Notes under the pieces: model-generated
What the model saw: only the letters and a program-made list of their open reading frames with translations
What the model was told of the DNA's origin: nothing
Databases searched by the model: none
NCBI GenBank assembly: GCA_964397755.1
Contig: CAYNJY010000003.1
Location: 5,923-69,922, forward strand
Direction of reading: 5' to 3'
DNA length: 64,000 bases
From: an uncultured Gammaproteobacteria bacterium
Lineage (GTDB): Bacteria > Patescibacteriota > Microgenomatia > UBA10105 > UBA927
Part shown: in pieces, positions 30,509 through 39,874 of the stretch
Position numbering within the stretch: the stretch's first letter is position 1
Layout: every line of letters begins with the position of its first letter
Made by a program: the position numbers and the translations under genes

Positions 30509-31102
30509 ATGCATATTGTCTTCTATGGTCCCGAAGGTTCCGGTAAAGGGACACAGGCCAAATTGTTGGCCGAAAAGTTAGGGCTGCCGATTTTGACGTC
30601 GGGAGATCTGGTGCGCGACGCTGCAGCACATGACAAGGGAATTATCGGTGACGTTTGCAGGCTCGCGCTCGCCGAGGGCAAGTATGTGGCAGACAGCGAG
30701 ATGTTTGTCCTGTGGAAATGGCGCCTCAAAGAGGACGATGCAAAAGATAATTGGATCATGGACGGATTCCCGAGGAACGTCGAGCAGGCCAAGTTTTTGG
30801 ACGATAAGCTCGATAAGTACGGGTATAACGTCGATAAGGTTTTCTATCTCAACTTGAGCGAAGAAGAGTCATACCGGAGGCTCATTAAGCGCGGTCGGCC
30901 GCTTCACAAAGGGAGTAGCGAACTCCATGATTCGCCAGAAAGAATTAAGCAAAGGCTGGAAATATATAAAGAAGGGGAGAGGGACGTGCTGGATTATTAC
31001 AGAAAAAAAGGGGTGCTCATCGAGATCAACGCCGACCAGACGATTGAAGATGTTCATCGCGACATCGTGAACACCATGCAACAAAATTCAGAAATACCGT
31101 GA
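30509..31102 (+). CDS. adk: adenylate kinase
   Basis: P-loop GPEGSGKGTQA, LID and NMP-binding regions; ATG 30509 within TTG ORF 30491. Confidence 0.93.
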   Translation: MHIVFYGPEGSGKGTQAKLLAEKLGLPILTSGDLVRDAAAHDKGIIGDVCRLALAEGKYVADSEMFVLWKWRLKEDDAKDNWIMDGFPRNVEQAKFLDDKLDKYGYNVDKVFYLNLSEEESYRRLIKRGRPLHKGSSELHDSPERIKQRLEIYKEGERDVLDYYRKKGVLIEINADQTIEDVHRDIVNTMQQNSEIP

Positions 31103-31803
31103 TGGATGCCTCCGTAGGAAAGCAACTCCAAATCGCCATCGACGGACCAGTCGGCGCGGGGAAAAGTGATATCTCAAAACGACTCGCAAGAAAATTGGGA
31201 CTCGTTTATCTCCACACCGGCGCTATGTACAGGGCACTTGCGCTTGTGTGTTTCAGACAGAACATTCCCTACAAAGATGTCGGTCGGGTGGTGCCACTTC
31301 TTGCAAAATACTTTATTGACCTCGTAGAGCCACAAGAGGGAAGTAATCGAGAGTATAGAGTGCTCCTGAGTGGTGAGGATATCACCGAGTTACTTTTTTC
31401 TCCAGCAATAGATACAGGTGCATCGGACGTAAGCACGATTCCACAGGTGCGACAGTTTATGGTAAAACGACAGCAAGAGATGGCAACGGGCAAGCGAGTG
31501 GTCATGGAGGGACGAGACATAGGACTTCGGGTACTGCCCCAAGCTGACATAAAAATTTATTTGACGGCAAGCGTAGAAGAGCGGGCAAAACGACGCTGGC
31601 TCCAGTACAGGGAGAAAGGCAAGCCTACATCTTATGAGGAGACACTGAAGGACACCAAAGCTAGGGATCTGCAGGATACCACCCGCGCAGTTGATCCACT
31701 TCAGAAACTCTCTGATGCGTGGGAGTTGAACACGACGGGAATGACCCAGGATGAGGTCATTGCCGCAATACAAAAGGAACTCACAGATCGAGGGATTGTA
31801 TGA
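31099..31803 (+). CDS. cmk: cytidylate kinase
   Basis: IAIDGPVGAGKSD P-loop and Cmk homology. Confidence 0.9.
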   Translation: MMDASVGKQLQIAIDGPVGAGKSDISKRLARKLGLVYLHTGAMYRALALVCFRQNIPYKDVGRVVPLLAKYFIDLVEPQEGSNREYRVLLSGEDITELLFSPAIDTGASDVSTIPQVRQFMVKRQQEMATGKRVVMEGRDIGLRVLPQADIKIYLTASVEERAKRRWLQYREKGKPTSYEETLKDTKARDLQDTTRAVDPLQKLSDAWELNTTGMTQDEVIAAIQKELTDRGIV

Positions 31804-32579
31804 ATGAGGATGTCCAAGAGAAAATCCGCACGATGCAAGAGGGTGGTGCAAAACTAGGAGAAATTTTGCGCGAGCTCCTTGAGGCAGCCCAGCCAGGAGT
31901 GTCCCTTCTGAGCCTTGAAGAGCTTACTACTAACCGCATTCGCGCGGCAGGAGGGACCCCTTCATTTCAGACTGTGGAAGGCTATAGGTGGGCGACGTGC
32001 CTCTGCGTCAACGAGGTGGTTGTGCACGGTATTCCAACGGCGTACGCGCTTACGGAGGGGGATCTTCTTACGATAGACGTCGGCATGCTCTACAAAGGTT
32101 TTCATACCGACACCGCATGGACGAAAATAGTACACAGTGAAAAGCTGGAAACCAAAGATGTGGAGGAATCAAAGAAAGAACGATTTCTGAACATAGGTCA
32201 AGATGCCCTTTGGCAAGCTATCGCCCAAGCCCGACCCGGTAACCGCGTCGGGCATATCTCTCAAGCGATTCAGAAAATTATTGAAAAAGCGGGCTATAGC
32301 ATCGTCCCATCGCTTGTGGGCCACGGCGTAGGGAAAAAACTCCATGAGCCACCGCAAATTCCGGGGTTTCTTAAGAAACGACGTGAGGACACCGAGTCGC
32401 TTCGCTCAGGTATGACCCTCGCCATAGAGGTAATTTACGCCTTGGGAGCTGGGACAACTACGTACGAGAGTGACGGTTGGTCGATAGCCACCCGCGACCG
32501 TTCACTCTCTGCGGTATTCGAGCACACTGTGGCAATTACTGATGCGGAGCCTGTTGTATTGACCCACACCAGGAAATAA
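31800..32579 (+). CDS. map: methionine aminopeptidase type I
   Basis: MAP homology with metal-ligand residues. Confidence 0.93.
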   Translation: MNEDVQEKIRTMQEGGAKLGEILRELLEAAQPGVSLLSLEELTTNRIRAAGGTPSFQTVEGYRWATCLCVNEVVVHGIPTAYALTEGDLLTIDVGMLYKGFHTDTAWTKIVHSEKLETKDVEESKKERFLNIGQDALWQAIAQARPGNRVGHISQAIQKIIEKAGYSIVPSLVGHGVGKKLHEPPQIPGFLKKRREDTESLRSGMTLAIEVIYALGAGTTTYESDGWSIATRDRSLSAVFEHTVAITDAEPVVLTHTRK

Positions 32580-32639
32580 GGTAGAATCAAGAGTATTCGT
32601 CGGGGTTATCCCCGTCGTTTTTTACTGCGTTTTTCAGGT

Positions 32640-32858
32640 ATGGTACATCAGGGAAATATTGAAGTTGAGGGAGAAGTGGTTGAGTGTTTACCCAATACAC
32701 TGTTTCGGGTGAAGCTACCAAACGGTAGAATTGTACTGAGTCATTTGTCTGGGAAGATGCGACTCCATTTTATCCGTATCATGCCCGGTGATCGAGTGAA
32801 GCTTGAAATGACGCCCTACGACGCGACAAAAGGCAGGATAACGTATAGATTAAAATAA
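32640..32858 (+). CDS. infA: translation initiation factor IF-1
   Basis: S1-like IF-1 homology. Confidence 0.95.
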   Translation: MVHQGNIEVEGEVVECLPNTLFRVKLPNGRIVLSHLSGKMRLHFIRIMPGDRVKLEMTPYDATKGRITYRLK

Positions 32859-32939
32859 CTCAAAAATTCAAACTTGAAACTTTAAAATTGAAATTTCAAA
32901 AAAGTTTAAAGTTTACAGTTTTAAGTTTTAATTAGTTTT

Positions 32940-33053
32940 ATGAAGGTTCGAGCAAGCGTGAAGCCAATGTGTAGAAAGTGCACAGTTGTTCGCCGGCGTG
33001 GCCGGGTCTATATCACGTGCGACAACCAGAAACATAAACAAAGGCAAGGGTGA
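32940..33053 (+). CDS. rpmJ: 50S ribosomal protein L36 (37 aa; below the ORF-track length cutoff)
   Basis: Translates to [37 protein letters not shown], zinc-ribbon C-x2-C...C-x?-H pattern. Confidence 0.9.
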   Translation: MKVRASVKPMCRKCTVVRRRGRVYITCDNQKHKQRQG

Positions 33054-33073
33054 GATAGTTTACGTAAGTTTTT

Positions 33074-33487
33074 ATGGCTCGTATTGCTGGAGTAGAAATA
33101 CCGACTGAAAAACGACTGGATATCGCCCTCACCTACGTGTACGGAATTGGGCGATCAAACGTCGTTGGCCTTCTTCACTCCGCCAATCTTGAAACAAACC
33201 GGCGAGTGAAAACGCTCACCGATGAGGAGATCAGTAGAATTAATAAGGCGCTTGAGAAATACGTCGTCGAAGGAGATCTGCGAAGGCAGGTCTCCGATAG
33301 TGTTAAGCGACTCATCGAGATTAAATCGTATCGCGGCGCGCGCCACGTTCGGAAACTCCCCGTTCGAGGTCAGCGCACGAGGACCAATGCACGAACCAAG
33401 CGAGGAAAAAGAGTGACCGTTGGGGCGCTCAAGAAAGAAGATCGGGTGAAACTTGGGTCGAAAGCGCCGGAAGAAGAAAAGAAATAA
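33074..33487 (+). CDS. rpsM: 30S ribosomal protein S13 (C-terminal basic extension)
   Basis: S13 homology. Confidence 0.95.
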   Translation: MARIAGVEIPTEKRLDIALTYVYGIGRSNVVGLLHSANLETNRRVKTLTDEEISRINKALEKYVVEGDLRRQVSDSVKRLIEIKSYRGARHVRKLPVRGQRTRTNARTKRGKRVTVGALKKEDRVKLGSKAPEEEKK

Positions 33488-33502
33488 TACGCTACATTCT
33501 CT

Positions 33503-33874
33503 ATGGCTGTACAGAAACAAAATCGGAGCGTTGCGAAGGGTAAAGTGTTCATCACCGCGACCTTCAATAACACACTCGTGACCATTACCGACATGGAAGG
33601 GAATACGCTGTTTTGTGGCTCATCGGGACTCGTTGGGTTTAAGGGGGCGAGAAAAGCCACACCGTATGCAGCAACCACCGCTGTTGAAGCCGTTGCTCGC
33701 AAAGCGCAGGATAACGGCCTCAGAGATGTGGAGGTATATATCAAAGGTCCAGGAGCAGGGAGGGATGCGGCGCTACGGGCGCTACGCGCTGTTGGACTTG
33801 CGATAACGCTGATTGCTGATATAACACCGATTCCGCATAACGGGGTTAGGCCGAAGAAGAAACGAAGAGTATAG
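33503..33874 (+). CDS. rpsK: 30S ribosomal protein S11
   Basis: S11 homology. Confidence 0.95.
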   Translation: MAVQKQNRSVAKGKVFITATFNNTLVTITDMEGNTLFCGSSGLVGFKGARKATPYAATTAVEAVARKAQDNGLRDVEVYIKGPGAGRDAALRALRAVGLAITLIADITPIPHNGVRPKKKRRV

Positions 33875-33879
33875 TTTCT

Positions 33880-34500
33880 ATGTCACGATACACCGGTCCG
33901 AAAAATAGACTTGCACGGCGGGAAGGAGCAGATCTTGGGCTCAAGACCGTTGGTTCACACGCCCACGCCCAACTCCTCCGGCGGCTCAATGTGCCGCCAG
34001 GGCAGCATGGTAGCAAACGAAAGAGAAAAACCTCCGAGTACGCAATGCAGCTTAGAGAGAAGCAAAAAGCGCGTCGAACGTATGGACTCAGTGAGCGTCA
34101 ATTTCGACGGTATTTTGAAATGGCAAAAAAATGGCGAGGGAATACCGGAGATATGCTTCTACAGTTTCTCGAGCGTCGCCTTGACAACACGCTCTACCGT
34201 CTCAGTTTCGCTCCAACACGAGCAGCAGCCCGCCAGCTTGTTTCCCACCGTCATGTCGTGGTTGACGGAAAGCGCGTTGGCATCCCCTCATATTCCGTGC
34301 ATGCGGATCAGGTAATAACCTTATCTTCCAAAGCGCTGGAGATCCCGGCAATCAGACGGTTGCTCGATGAGAAGACCGTGGTTTTGCCAGAATGGCTTGA
34401 CCGGAAGGCAGGAGCGGGAAAGGTTCTTCGTTTACCCGAGAGAGCAGACGTAAAAGAAGACATAAGCGAACAAGTGGTTATCGAGTTCTATTCTCGATAG
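33880..34500 (+). CDS. rpsD: 30S ribosomal protein S4
   Basis: S4 homology. Confidence 0.95.
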   Translation: MSRYTGPKNRLARREGADLGLKTVGSHAHAQLLRRLNVPPGQHGSKRKRKTSEYAMQLREKQKARRTYGLSERQFRRYFEMAKKWRGNTGDMLLQFLERRLDNTLYRLSFAPTRAAARQLVSHRHVVVDGKRVGIPSYSVHADQVITLSSKALEIPAIRRLLDEKTVVLPEWLDRKAGAGKVLRLPERADVKEDISEQVVIEFYSR

Positions 34501-34516
34501 AAAGGAGCACGAGAGC

Positions 34517-35458
34517 TTGCGCTTCCGTGACGTATGTATGAATGAGCCTAATTTCAATATCAAACAGGAGGAAGAGAAGCCGGACTACGGCGAGTTCGTT
34601 ATCGAGCCTCTCGAACAAGGCTACGGGCATACCCTTGGAAACAGCCTCCGTAGGGTTCTGTTATCGTCTCTTTCGGGCGTTTCCTTAACATCGGTGAAAG
34701 TGAGCGGCGTCACGCATCAATACTCAACTGTTCCGGGCCTGAAGGAAGACGTCGTTGAGCTCATCCTCAACTTGAAAAAGGTCAGACTCATCCTCGAGGG
34801 CGTCGAGAGTGCGACACTGACGTTATCAAAAAAGGGCCCCGGAGAAGTCCGCGCAGGTGACATAGAGGCTCCGGCGGGTGTTCGCATCGTCAATCAAGAC
34901 TTGGTCTTAGGGACGCTTGCAGATAAGAAGGCGAGTCTCGAGCTTGAGTTAATGGCCGAACGTGGATTTGGCTTCGTTCCCGCTGAAGAGAAGACGGTTG
35001 ATGAGCTCGGGAGAATAGCCATGGACGCGCTCTTTTCTCCTGTGACGCGCGTCAACTATCGTGTCGAGGCGACTCGCGTCGGGCGCATGACGAACTTAGA
35101 CAAGCTTGTGATCGCGATTTGGACTGACGGAACAGTCGCGCCAGCAGATGCGCTCAGACAAGCTGCAAAGATTCTTATCTCGTACTTGGTTCAGGTAGTG
35201 GAGCCCAAGGCGAAAGTTGCAGAAGAGACAGTTGCTGTCACGCCGACTGTTTCTGACGAGGTTTTAAAAATGCGCGTCGAGGAGCTTGATATCCCAACGC
35301 GTATCGTCAACGCCCTCGCACGGGGAGGGATAGAAACCATCGGTCAACTTCTCGGAACTCTGCGAACAGAGCTTCTCAAGATTAAAAATCTTGGGAACAA
35401 ATCGCTCGCCGTTGTTGAAGAGAAGCTCCGGGAGAAGGGTGTGGCCCTGACCGTATAA
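34517..35458 (+). CDS. rpoA: DNA-directed RNA polymerase subunit alpha
   Basis: EPLEQGYGHTLGNSLRRVLLSS motif; TTG 34517 lies 8 nt after AAGGAG, alternative ATG at 34538. Confidence 0.93.
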   Translation: MRFRDVCMNEPNFNIKQEEEKPDYGEFVIEPLEQGYGHTLGNSLRRVLLSSLSGVSLTSVKVSGVTHQYSTVPGLKEDVVELILNLKKVRLILEGVESATLTLSKKGPGEVRAGDIEAPAGVRIVNQDLVLGTLADKKASLELELMAERGFGFVPAEEKTVDELGRIAMDALFSPVTRVNYRVEATRVGRMTNLDKLVIAIWTDGTVAPADALRQAAKILISYLVQVVEPKAKVAEETVAVTPTVSDEVLKMRVEELDIPTRIVNALARGGIETIGQLLGTLRTELLKIKNLGNKSLAVVEEKLREKGVALTV

Positions 35459-35487
35459 AATCAATCTACAAGTGTGTAGATTTCTTT

Positions 35488-35943
35488 ATGCGTCATAGGT
35501 ATTTCGGCAAAAAACTTTCACGAACCACCAACGAGCGGAGAAGACTCCTCATGGTGTTAGCGCGCGAGCTTCTGACACACGGACGAATAAAAACAACGTT
35601 TGCAAAAGCCAAGGTGGTGCAAGCGTTGGTTGAGCGCTTGGTTACGAAAGCAAAGAAGGGAACACGTGCGTCGGTTCGGCAGGTAGAGAAAGTTTTGAGC
35701 GATGCCACGAGGGTGAAAATCCTTTTGGGTTGGGCAAAAACGCGCTTCGGGAACCGCATAAGCGGATATACGCGGATCGTAAAACTTGGTCAGCGGACAG
35801 GAGATAGCAGTGAAGAAGTTATTCTCTCGTTTGTTGACGACGTGCCTGCAGTACCGGAGCCCAAAGGGAATGAGACCGAAAAAAAAGTAGTTCCCAAGGT
35901 CCGACCTAAGAAACGCGTCAAAAAAAAGAAATCAGCGAAATAA
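35488..35943 (+). CDS. rplQ: 50S ribosomal protein L17 (C-terminal lysine-rich extension)
   Basis: L17 homology. Confidence 0.93.
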   Translation: MRHRYFGKKLSRTTNERRRLLMVLARELLTHGRIKTTFAKAKVVQALVERLVTKAKKGTRASVRQVEKVLSDATRVKILLGWAKTRFGNRISGYTRIVKLGQRTGDSSEEVILSFVDDVPAVPEPKGNETEKKVVPKVRPKKRVKKKKSAK

Positions 35944-35946
35944 CGT

Positions 35947-36381
35947 ATGTGTATGCAGGCACTGACTACACCGACAAAAGCAAGCGATATTAAGCGTTCA
36001 TGGCATCTCGTCGACGCGAAAGACAAGGTGCTTGGGCGCGTAGCAGTCACGATTGCCCAAAAGCTTACGGGAAAGGGAAAACCGTATTTTGTCCGAAACC
36101 TTGATTGCGGAGATTTCGTCGTTGTCACAAATGCGAAATATGTTGCTGTTACCGGCCATAAAGAAAAGGAGAAACTGTATAGTCGCTACTCTGGATACCC
36201 AGGAGGGCTCAAACAAAAGCCTCTCTGGAAGGTTCGGGAAGAGAGACCAACTGAGATAATCCGCCATGCTGTCTGGGGGATGCTGCCAAAGAACAAGCTA
36301 CGAGACAGGGTCGTTACGAGGCTCTACATATTCCCAGAGGCTGACCATCCCTATCAAAGCAAGTTCAATAGTACATACTAA
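35947..36381 (+). CDS. rplM: 50S ribosomal protein L13
   Basis: L13 homology. Confidence 0.93.
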   Translation: MCMQALTTPTKASDIKRSWHLVDAKDKVLGRVAVTIAQKLTGKGKPYFVRNLDCGDFVVVTNAKYVAVTGHKEKEKLYSRYSGYPGGLKQKPLWKVREERPTEIIRHAVWGMLPKNKLRDRVVTRLYIFPEADHPYQSKFNSTY

Positions 36382-36384
36382 CAC

Positions 36385-36873
36385 ATGTCAGATAAAGTAA
36401 AAACAAAGGACCAAGAGTCAACAAAATTTGAGACAGAGCGGCCGCAATACTATGAGGCAGTTGGTCGTCGTAAGGAGGCAACCGCTCGGGCGCGACTGTA
36501 TGTGGTGAAGAACGACGCAGTTACCGCGGCGGGAGCGTCGCTTTCGAAAGGAGACATGCTCGTCAACGGAAAACCGATTGAGACACACTTTTCGGGAGAA
36601 GTGTACAAAAAAATGTACGTGGAGCCATTCCGCACAACGAACACCATTGGTCGGTTTGCCACCACCATTACCGTCACCGGCGGCGGGCTTTCCGGACAGT
36701 TGGGAGCCGTGATTCTGGCGTTAAGTCGAGCGCTCTTGAACGTTGACAAAGAAAAATTCCGGCCCATCCTCAAAAAACGCGGGTTTCTCACCCGCGACAG
36801 CCGCATCAAAGAACGCCGCAAAGCCGGCCGTGCAGGGAAAGCAAGGGCAAGGAAGCAGTCTCCCAAGAGATAA
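36385..36873 (+). CDS. rpsI: 30S ribosomal protein S9
   Basis: S9 homology ending with basic RKxxKR tail. Confidence 0.94.
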   Translation: MSDKVKTKDQESTKFETERPQYYEAVGRRKEATARARLYVVKNDAVTAAGASLSKGDMLVNGKPIETHFSGEVYKKMYVEPFRTTNTIGRFATTITVTGGGLSGQLGAVILALSRALLNVDKEKFRPILKKRGFLTRDSRIKERRKAGRAGKARARKQSPKR

Positions 36874-36930
36874 CAATACTGGTAGCTTTCTTGACCGAAG
36901 CCCCGTCGCGGTAGCCCGCAAACCCTAAGT

Positions 36931-36959
36931 TTCAACTCCCGCCGCTGATGCTATATGAT
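36931..36959 (+). promoter_or_regulatory. candidate promoter for the ATPase gene: TTCAAC-17 nt-TATGAT
   Basis: Hexamers at 36931-36936 and 36954-36959. Confidence 0.35.
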
Positions 36960-36976
36960 AAAAGAATGAAGCCCAT

Positions 36977-39523
36977 ATGAAAAACAACGGCGGTAAGACG
37001 GGGTTGACTGCTGTCCAAGCAGAACAGCTCCTTGCGCGCTACGGCCCTAATGAGATTCCCGAGAAGAAAAAGTGGGGCATCGTCCCCGCGTTTCTCTCGC
37101 AGTTTGATAATTTCCTTACCCTCCTCCTTCTTTTTGCCGCGGCGGTTTCGTTTTTTTTGGGGGAGAGTGTCGATGCCCTGTTTATTTCCGCGATCGTTGT
37201 TCTTAATGCACTCCTTGGGCTCTACCAAGAGTTTAAGGCCGAGCGCGCCCTTTCCAGCCTGAAAAAGTTAACCGTCACTTCCGTCCGGGTTATCCGTGAC
37301 GGCCGGGAACAGGAGCTTGACAGTCGGAACCTCGTCCCGGGGGACATTATCTACCTTGAAGAAGGCGCGAAAATTCCGGCAGATGCAACACTCGTCTCCT
37401 CCATTCACTTTGAGGTGAATGAGGCAGCCCTTACAGGAGAGTCGTTGCCGGTTGAGAAACGGCAAAATGATAATGAGGCAGATAAGCTTTTCATGGGGAC
37501 GATTGTCGCCAAGGGCAGAGGGTATGCCCGGGTGACCGATACCGGAGTCAGGACTCGCTTTGGACAGATCGCGAGAACCTTGGCAACGATGGAGAAAGTA
37601 AAAACTCCTCTCCAGCGCAAGCTTGAGACCTTTACCAAACAGGTGGGCATCGTGGGCATGATGGCCGCTGTCACGGTTTTTTTCCTGTCCTTCGTCCGCG
37701 AAAAGTCAATCCTTGAAAGCTTCATCTTTGCGGTGAGTTTGGCGGTAGCCGCGGTTCCCGAAGGTTTGCCCGCGGTGATGACCATCACCATGGCCTTGGG
37801 TGTCGAACGCATGGCGAAGAGGGGAGCGATTGTCAGGAAGCTCAATGCCATAGAGGCGCTTGGTTCGGTCACGGTGGTGGCGACCGACAAAACCGGGACG
37901 CTGACCACTAACACCATGCGGGTAAAAAAGATTTGGCTTGATGGGAAAGTCTCTGATGCGAGTAACCCGCCATCGCTTAGGAGCCTCCCTTTTCGTACAC
38001 TCGTTCTCAACGGAGTCTTGTGTTCGACAGCCACGTTGACAATTTCCTCCGGCGGCCAAGACCCGGAAGTGATCGGTGACCCGACAGAAGGAGCAATACT
38101 TCACTTGGCTCAGAAACTAGGACTGGCACCTTTGTCAGTTCGGCAAGAGTGGACAATAACCGATGAGATTCCCTTTCATCCGGAAACCAAACGAATGACG
38201 GTAATGGTAGATCGTGGTAAGGAAGCGTTTGTTTTTAGCAAGGGGGCTCCAGAGTCTATTCTTTCTATTTCCAAGAGAGTTCTTGCCGGGAAGCGCGTTC
38301 TTCCTCTCACCGAGGAGCGCAGGAGCAGTATTGAACGCGGGTTTCAGCTATTCGCTAAAAAAGGACTGCGGATACTGGCGTTTTCCTATAAAAAGGGGAA
38401 AGGAAAAGAGACAGAAGATAATCAAATCTTTATCGGATTTGTTGGCATCGCGGATCCGGTCCGGCCGGAAGTGCTTGAGGCTGTTATGAAAGCCAGAAGT
38501 GCAGGAATACGCGTGGTCATGATTACCGGAGACAACGAACTCACTGCCGAGGCAGTCGGAGTAGAATCGGGAATTATTCGCAGGGGCGAGGAGGTGCTCT
38601 CAGGAAAACAGCTCGACATAGTTTCCGACGCACAGCTTCTTGCGCTCCTGCCTCGGGTGAAAATCTTTGCCCGGACCACACCTCCCCACAAGTATCGGCT
38701 GGTGAAGCTTTACCAGAGCCAAGGTGAGGTTGTGGTGGTGACCGGTGATGGGGTTAATGATGCTTTGGCGCTCAAGCAGGCAGACGTGGGTGTCGCGATG
38801 GGGGTGACCGGTACCGACGTTGCCAAAGAAACCGCTGATATGATTATCACCGACGACAACTTTGCTTCTTTGGTAAACGCGGTTGAGGAGGGACGCAATA
38901 TCTTTCATCAAATTAAAAACACCGTACAGTATCTTCTTTCGTGTAACCTGGGAGAGATTATCTATATCCTTTCTGCGGTTTTTTTCCGTTTGCCGGTGCT
39001 CACACCTTTACAGATCCTTTACATGAATATAGTGACCGACGGTTTGCCCGCGATATCGCTGGCCTTTTCTCCCCGCGATCGGCATATCATGCAGGGTAAA
39101 CCGCGTACTTCCACACGTATTCTCGAACGAAGAGATTTTCGGTATCTTTTTCTGGTGGGTTTGGCGACTGCGCTTCTGGGTTACCTGTCAATTGTGCCGA
39201 TCGGTTTCCTCTCTCCAAATTTTGCCGACCAGACAACCATGGTTTTTACGACCATCATGCTGGTGCAGCATTTCGTGCTTGTCGATCTCTGGATATCGCA
39301 TACATCAGTTCTCCGAAACCTCCAACTGATTGGCCGACCAATATTTCTCCTCGCGTTCTTTCTGCCAGTTTTGTTTCATCCGTTCCTTCTCTATCATCCG
39401 TTTCTCCAGTCGGTTTTTAGTACGACGCCATTAACAGGCCCGCAGTTAGCCTACTCAGCAGGTATCGCGAGCCTCATGCTCGTCGGGATGGAAGTGGTAA
39501 AGTTTCGGGGGAAGGGGAAGTAG
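36977..39523 (+). CDS. P2-type cation-transporting ATPase (Ca2+/Mg2+-ATPase-like)
   Basis: DKTGTLT phosphorylation motif, TGDGVNDALALKQADVGVAMG hinge, 8-10 TM helices. Confidence 0.9.
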   Translation: MKNNGGKTGLTAVQAEQLLARYGPNEIPEKKKWGIVPAFLSQFDNFLTLLLLFAAAVSFFLGESVDALFISAIVVLNALLGLYQEFKAERALSSLKKLTVTSVRVIRDGREQELDSRNLVPGDIIYLEEGAKIPADATLVSSIHFEVNEAALTGESLPVEKRQNDNEADKLFMGTIVAKGRGYARVTDTGVRTRFGQIARTLATMEKVKTPLQRKLETFTKQVGIVGMMAAVTVFFLSFVREKSILESFIFAVSLAVAAVPEGLPAVMTITMALGVERMAKRGAIVRKLNAIEALGSVTVVATDKTGTLTTNTMRVKKIWLDGKVSDASNPPSLRSLPFRTLVLNGVLCSTATLTISSGGQDPEVIGDPTEGAILHLAQKLGLAPLSVRQEWTITDEIPFHPETKRMTVMVDRGKEAFVFSKGAPESILSISKRVLAGKRVLPLTEERRSSIERGFQLFAKKGLRILAFSYKKGKGKETEDNQIFIGFVGIADPVRPEVLEAVMKARSAGIRVVMITGDNELTAEAVGVESGIIRRGEEVLSGKQLDIVSDAQLLALLPRVKIFARTTPPHKYRLVKLYQSQGEVVVVTGDGVNDALALKQADVGVAMGVTGTDVAKETADMIITDDNFASLVNAVEEGRNIFHQIKNTVQYLLSCNLGEIIYILSAVFFRLPVLTPLQILYMNIVTDGLPAISLAFSPRDRHIMQGKPRTSTRILERRDFRYLFLVGLATALLGYLSIVPIGFLSPNFADQTTMVFTTIMLVQHFVLVDLWISHTSVLRNLQLIGRPIFLLAFFLPVLFHPFLLYHPFLQSVFSTTPLTGPQLAYSAGIASLMLVGMEVVKFRGKGK

Positions 39524-39670
39524 ATTACCCCATTAATTTTGAGCTACGGCAGGTCACAGTCGCTTCGCTCCCCTTCGACTTCACTCAGGGCAAGCGCTCG
39601 GCTCGCTCTGGTAGAGCGCTGCCTTTACACTGAGCAGTTCGATACACGGACTGTAAATTTGCCGAAGGGT

Positions 39671-39742
39671 CGGGGATACCTGACTCGAACAGGTGACCTC
39701 ACGCACCCCATGCGTGCGTTCTACCAACTGAACTAATCCCCG
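39671..39742 (-). tRNA. tRNA-Pro (anticodon GGG)
   Basis: Manual fold of minus strand: acceptor CGGGGAT/ATCCCCG, D-arm GTTC-AGTTGGTA-GAAC, anticodon arm CACGC-ATGGGGT-GCGTG, T-arm ACCTG-TTCGAGT-CAGGT; no encoded CCA. Confidence 0.85.
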
Positions 39743-39874
39743 GTTACTGGTTCACATTTTTCTATAGGAGATCAACCACGAACGATAAACTTGTAACGCT
39801 TGTATTCTATCATTTTTTGTGCAAGAATGGGATAAACTTCAACGCTTGCCTCAATCGTTCGAAAGGAGCTATGT

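Noticed and set aside
36450-36935. 161-aa minus-strand ORF
   Set aside because: Antisense to rpsI.
39585-39660. Possible second tRNA adjacent to tRNA-Pro (GCTC-TGGTA-GAGC D-arm-like and TTCGATAC T-loop-like segments)
   Set aside because: Could not be folded into a canonical cloverleaf on either strand (anticodon and T stems do not pair); reported only as a tRNA-like fragment/hairpin.
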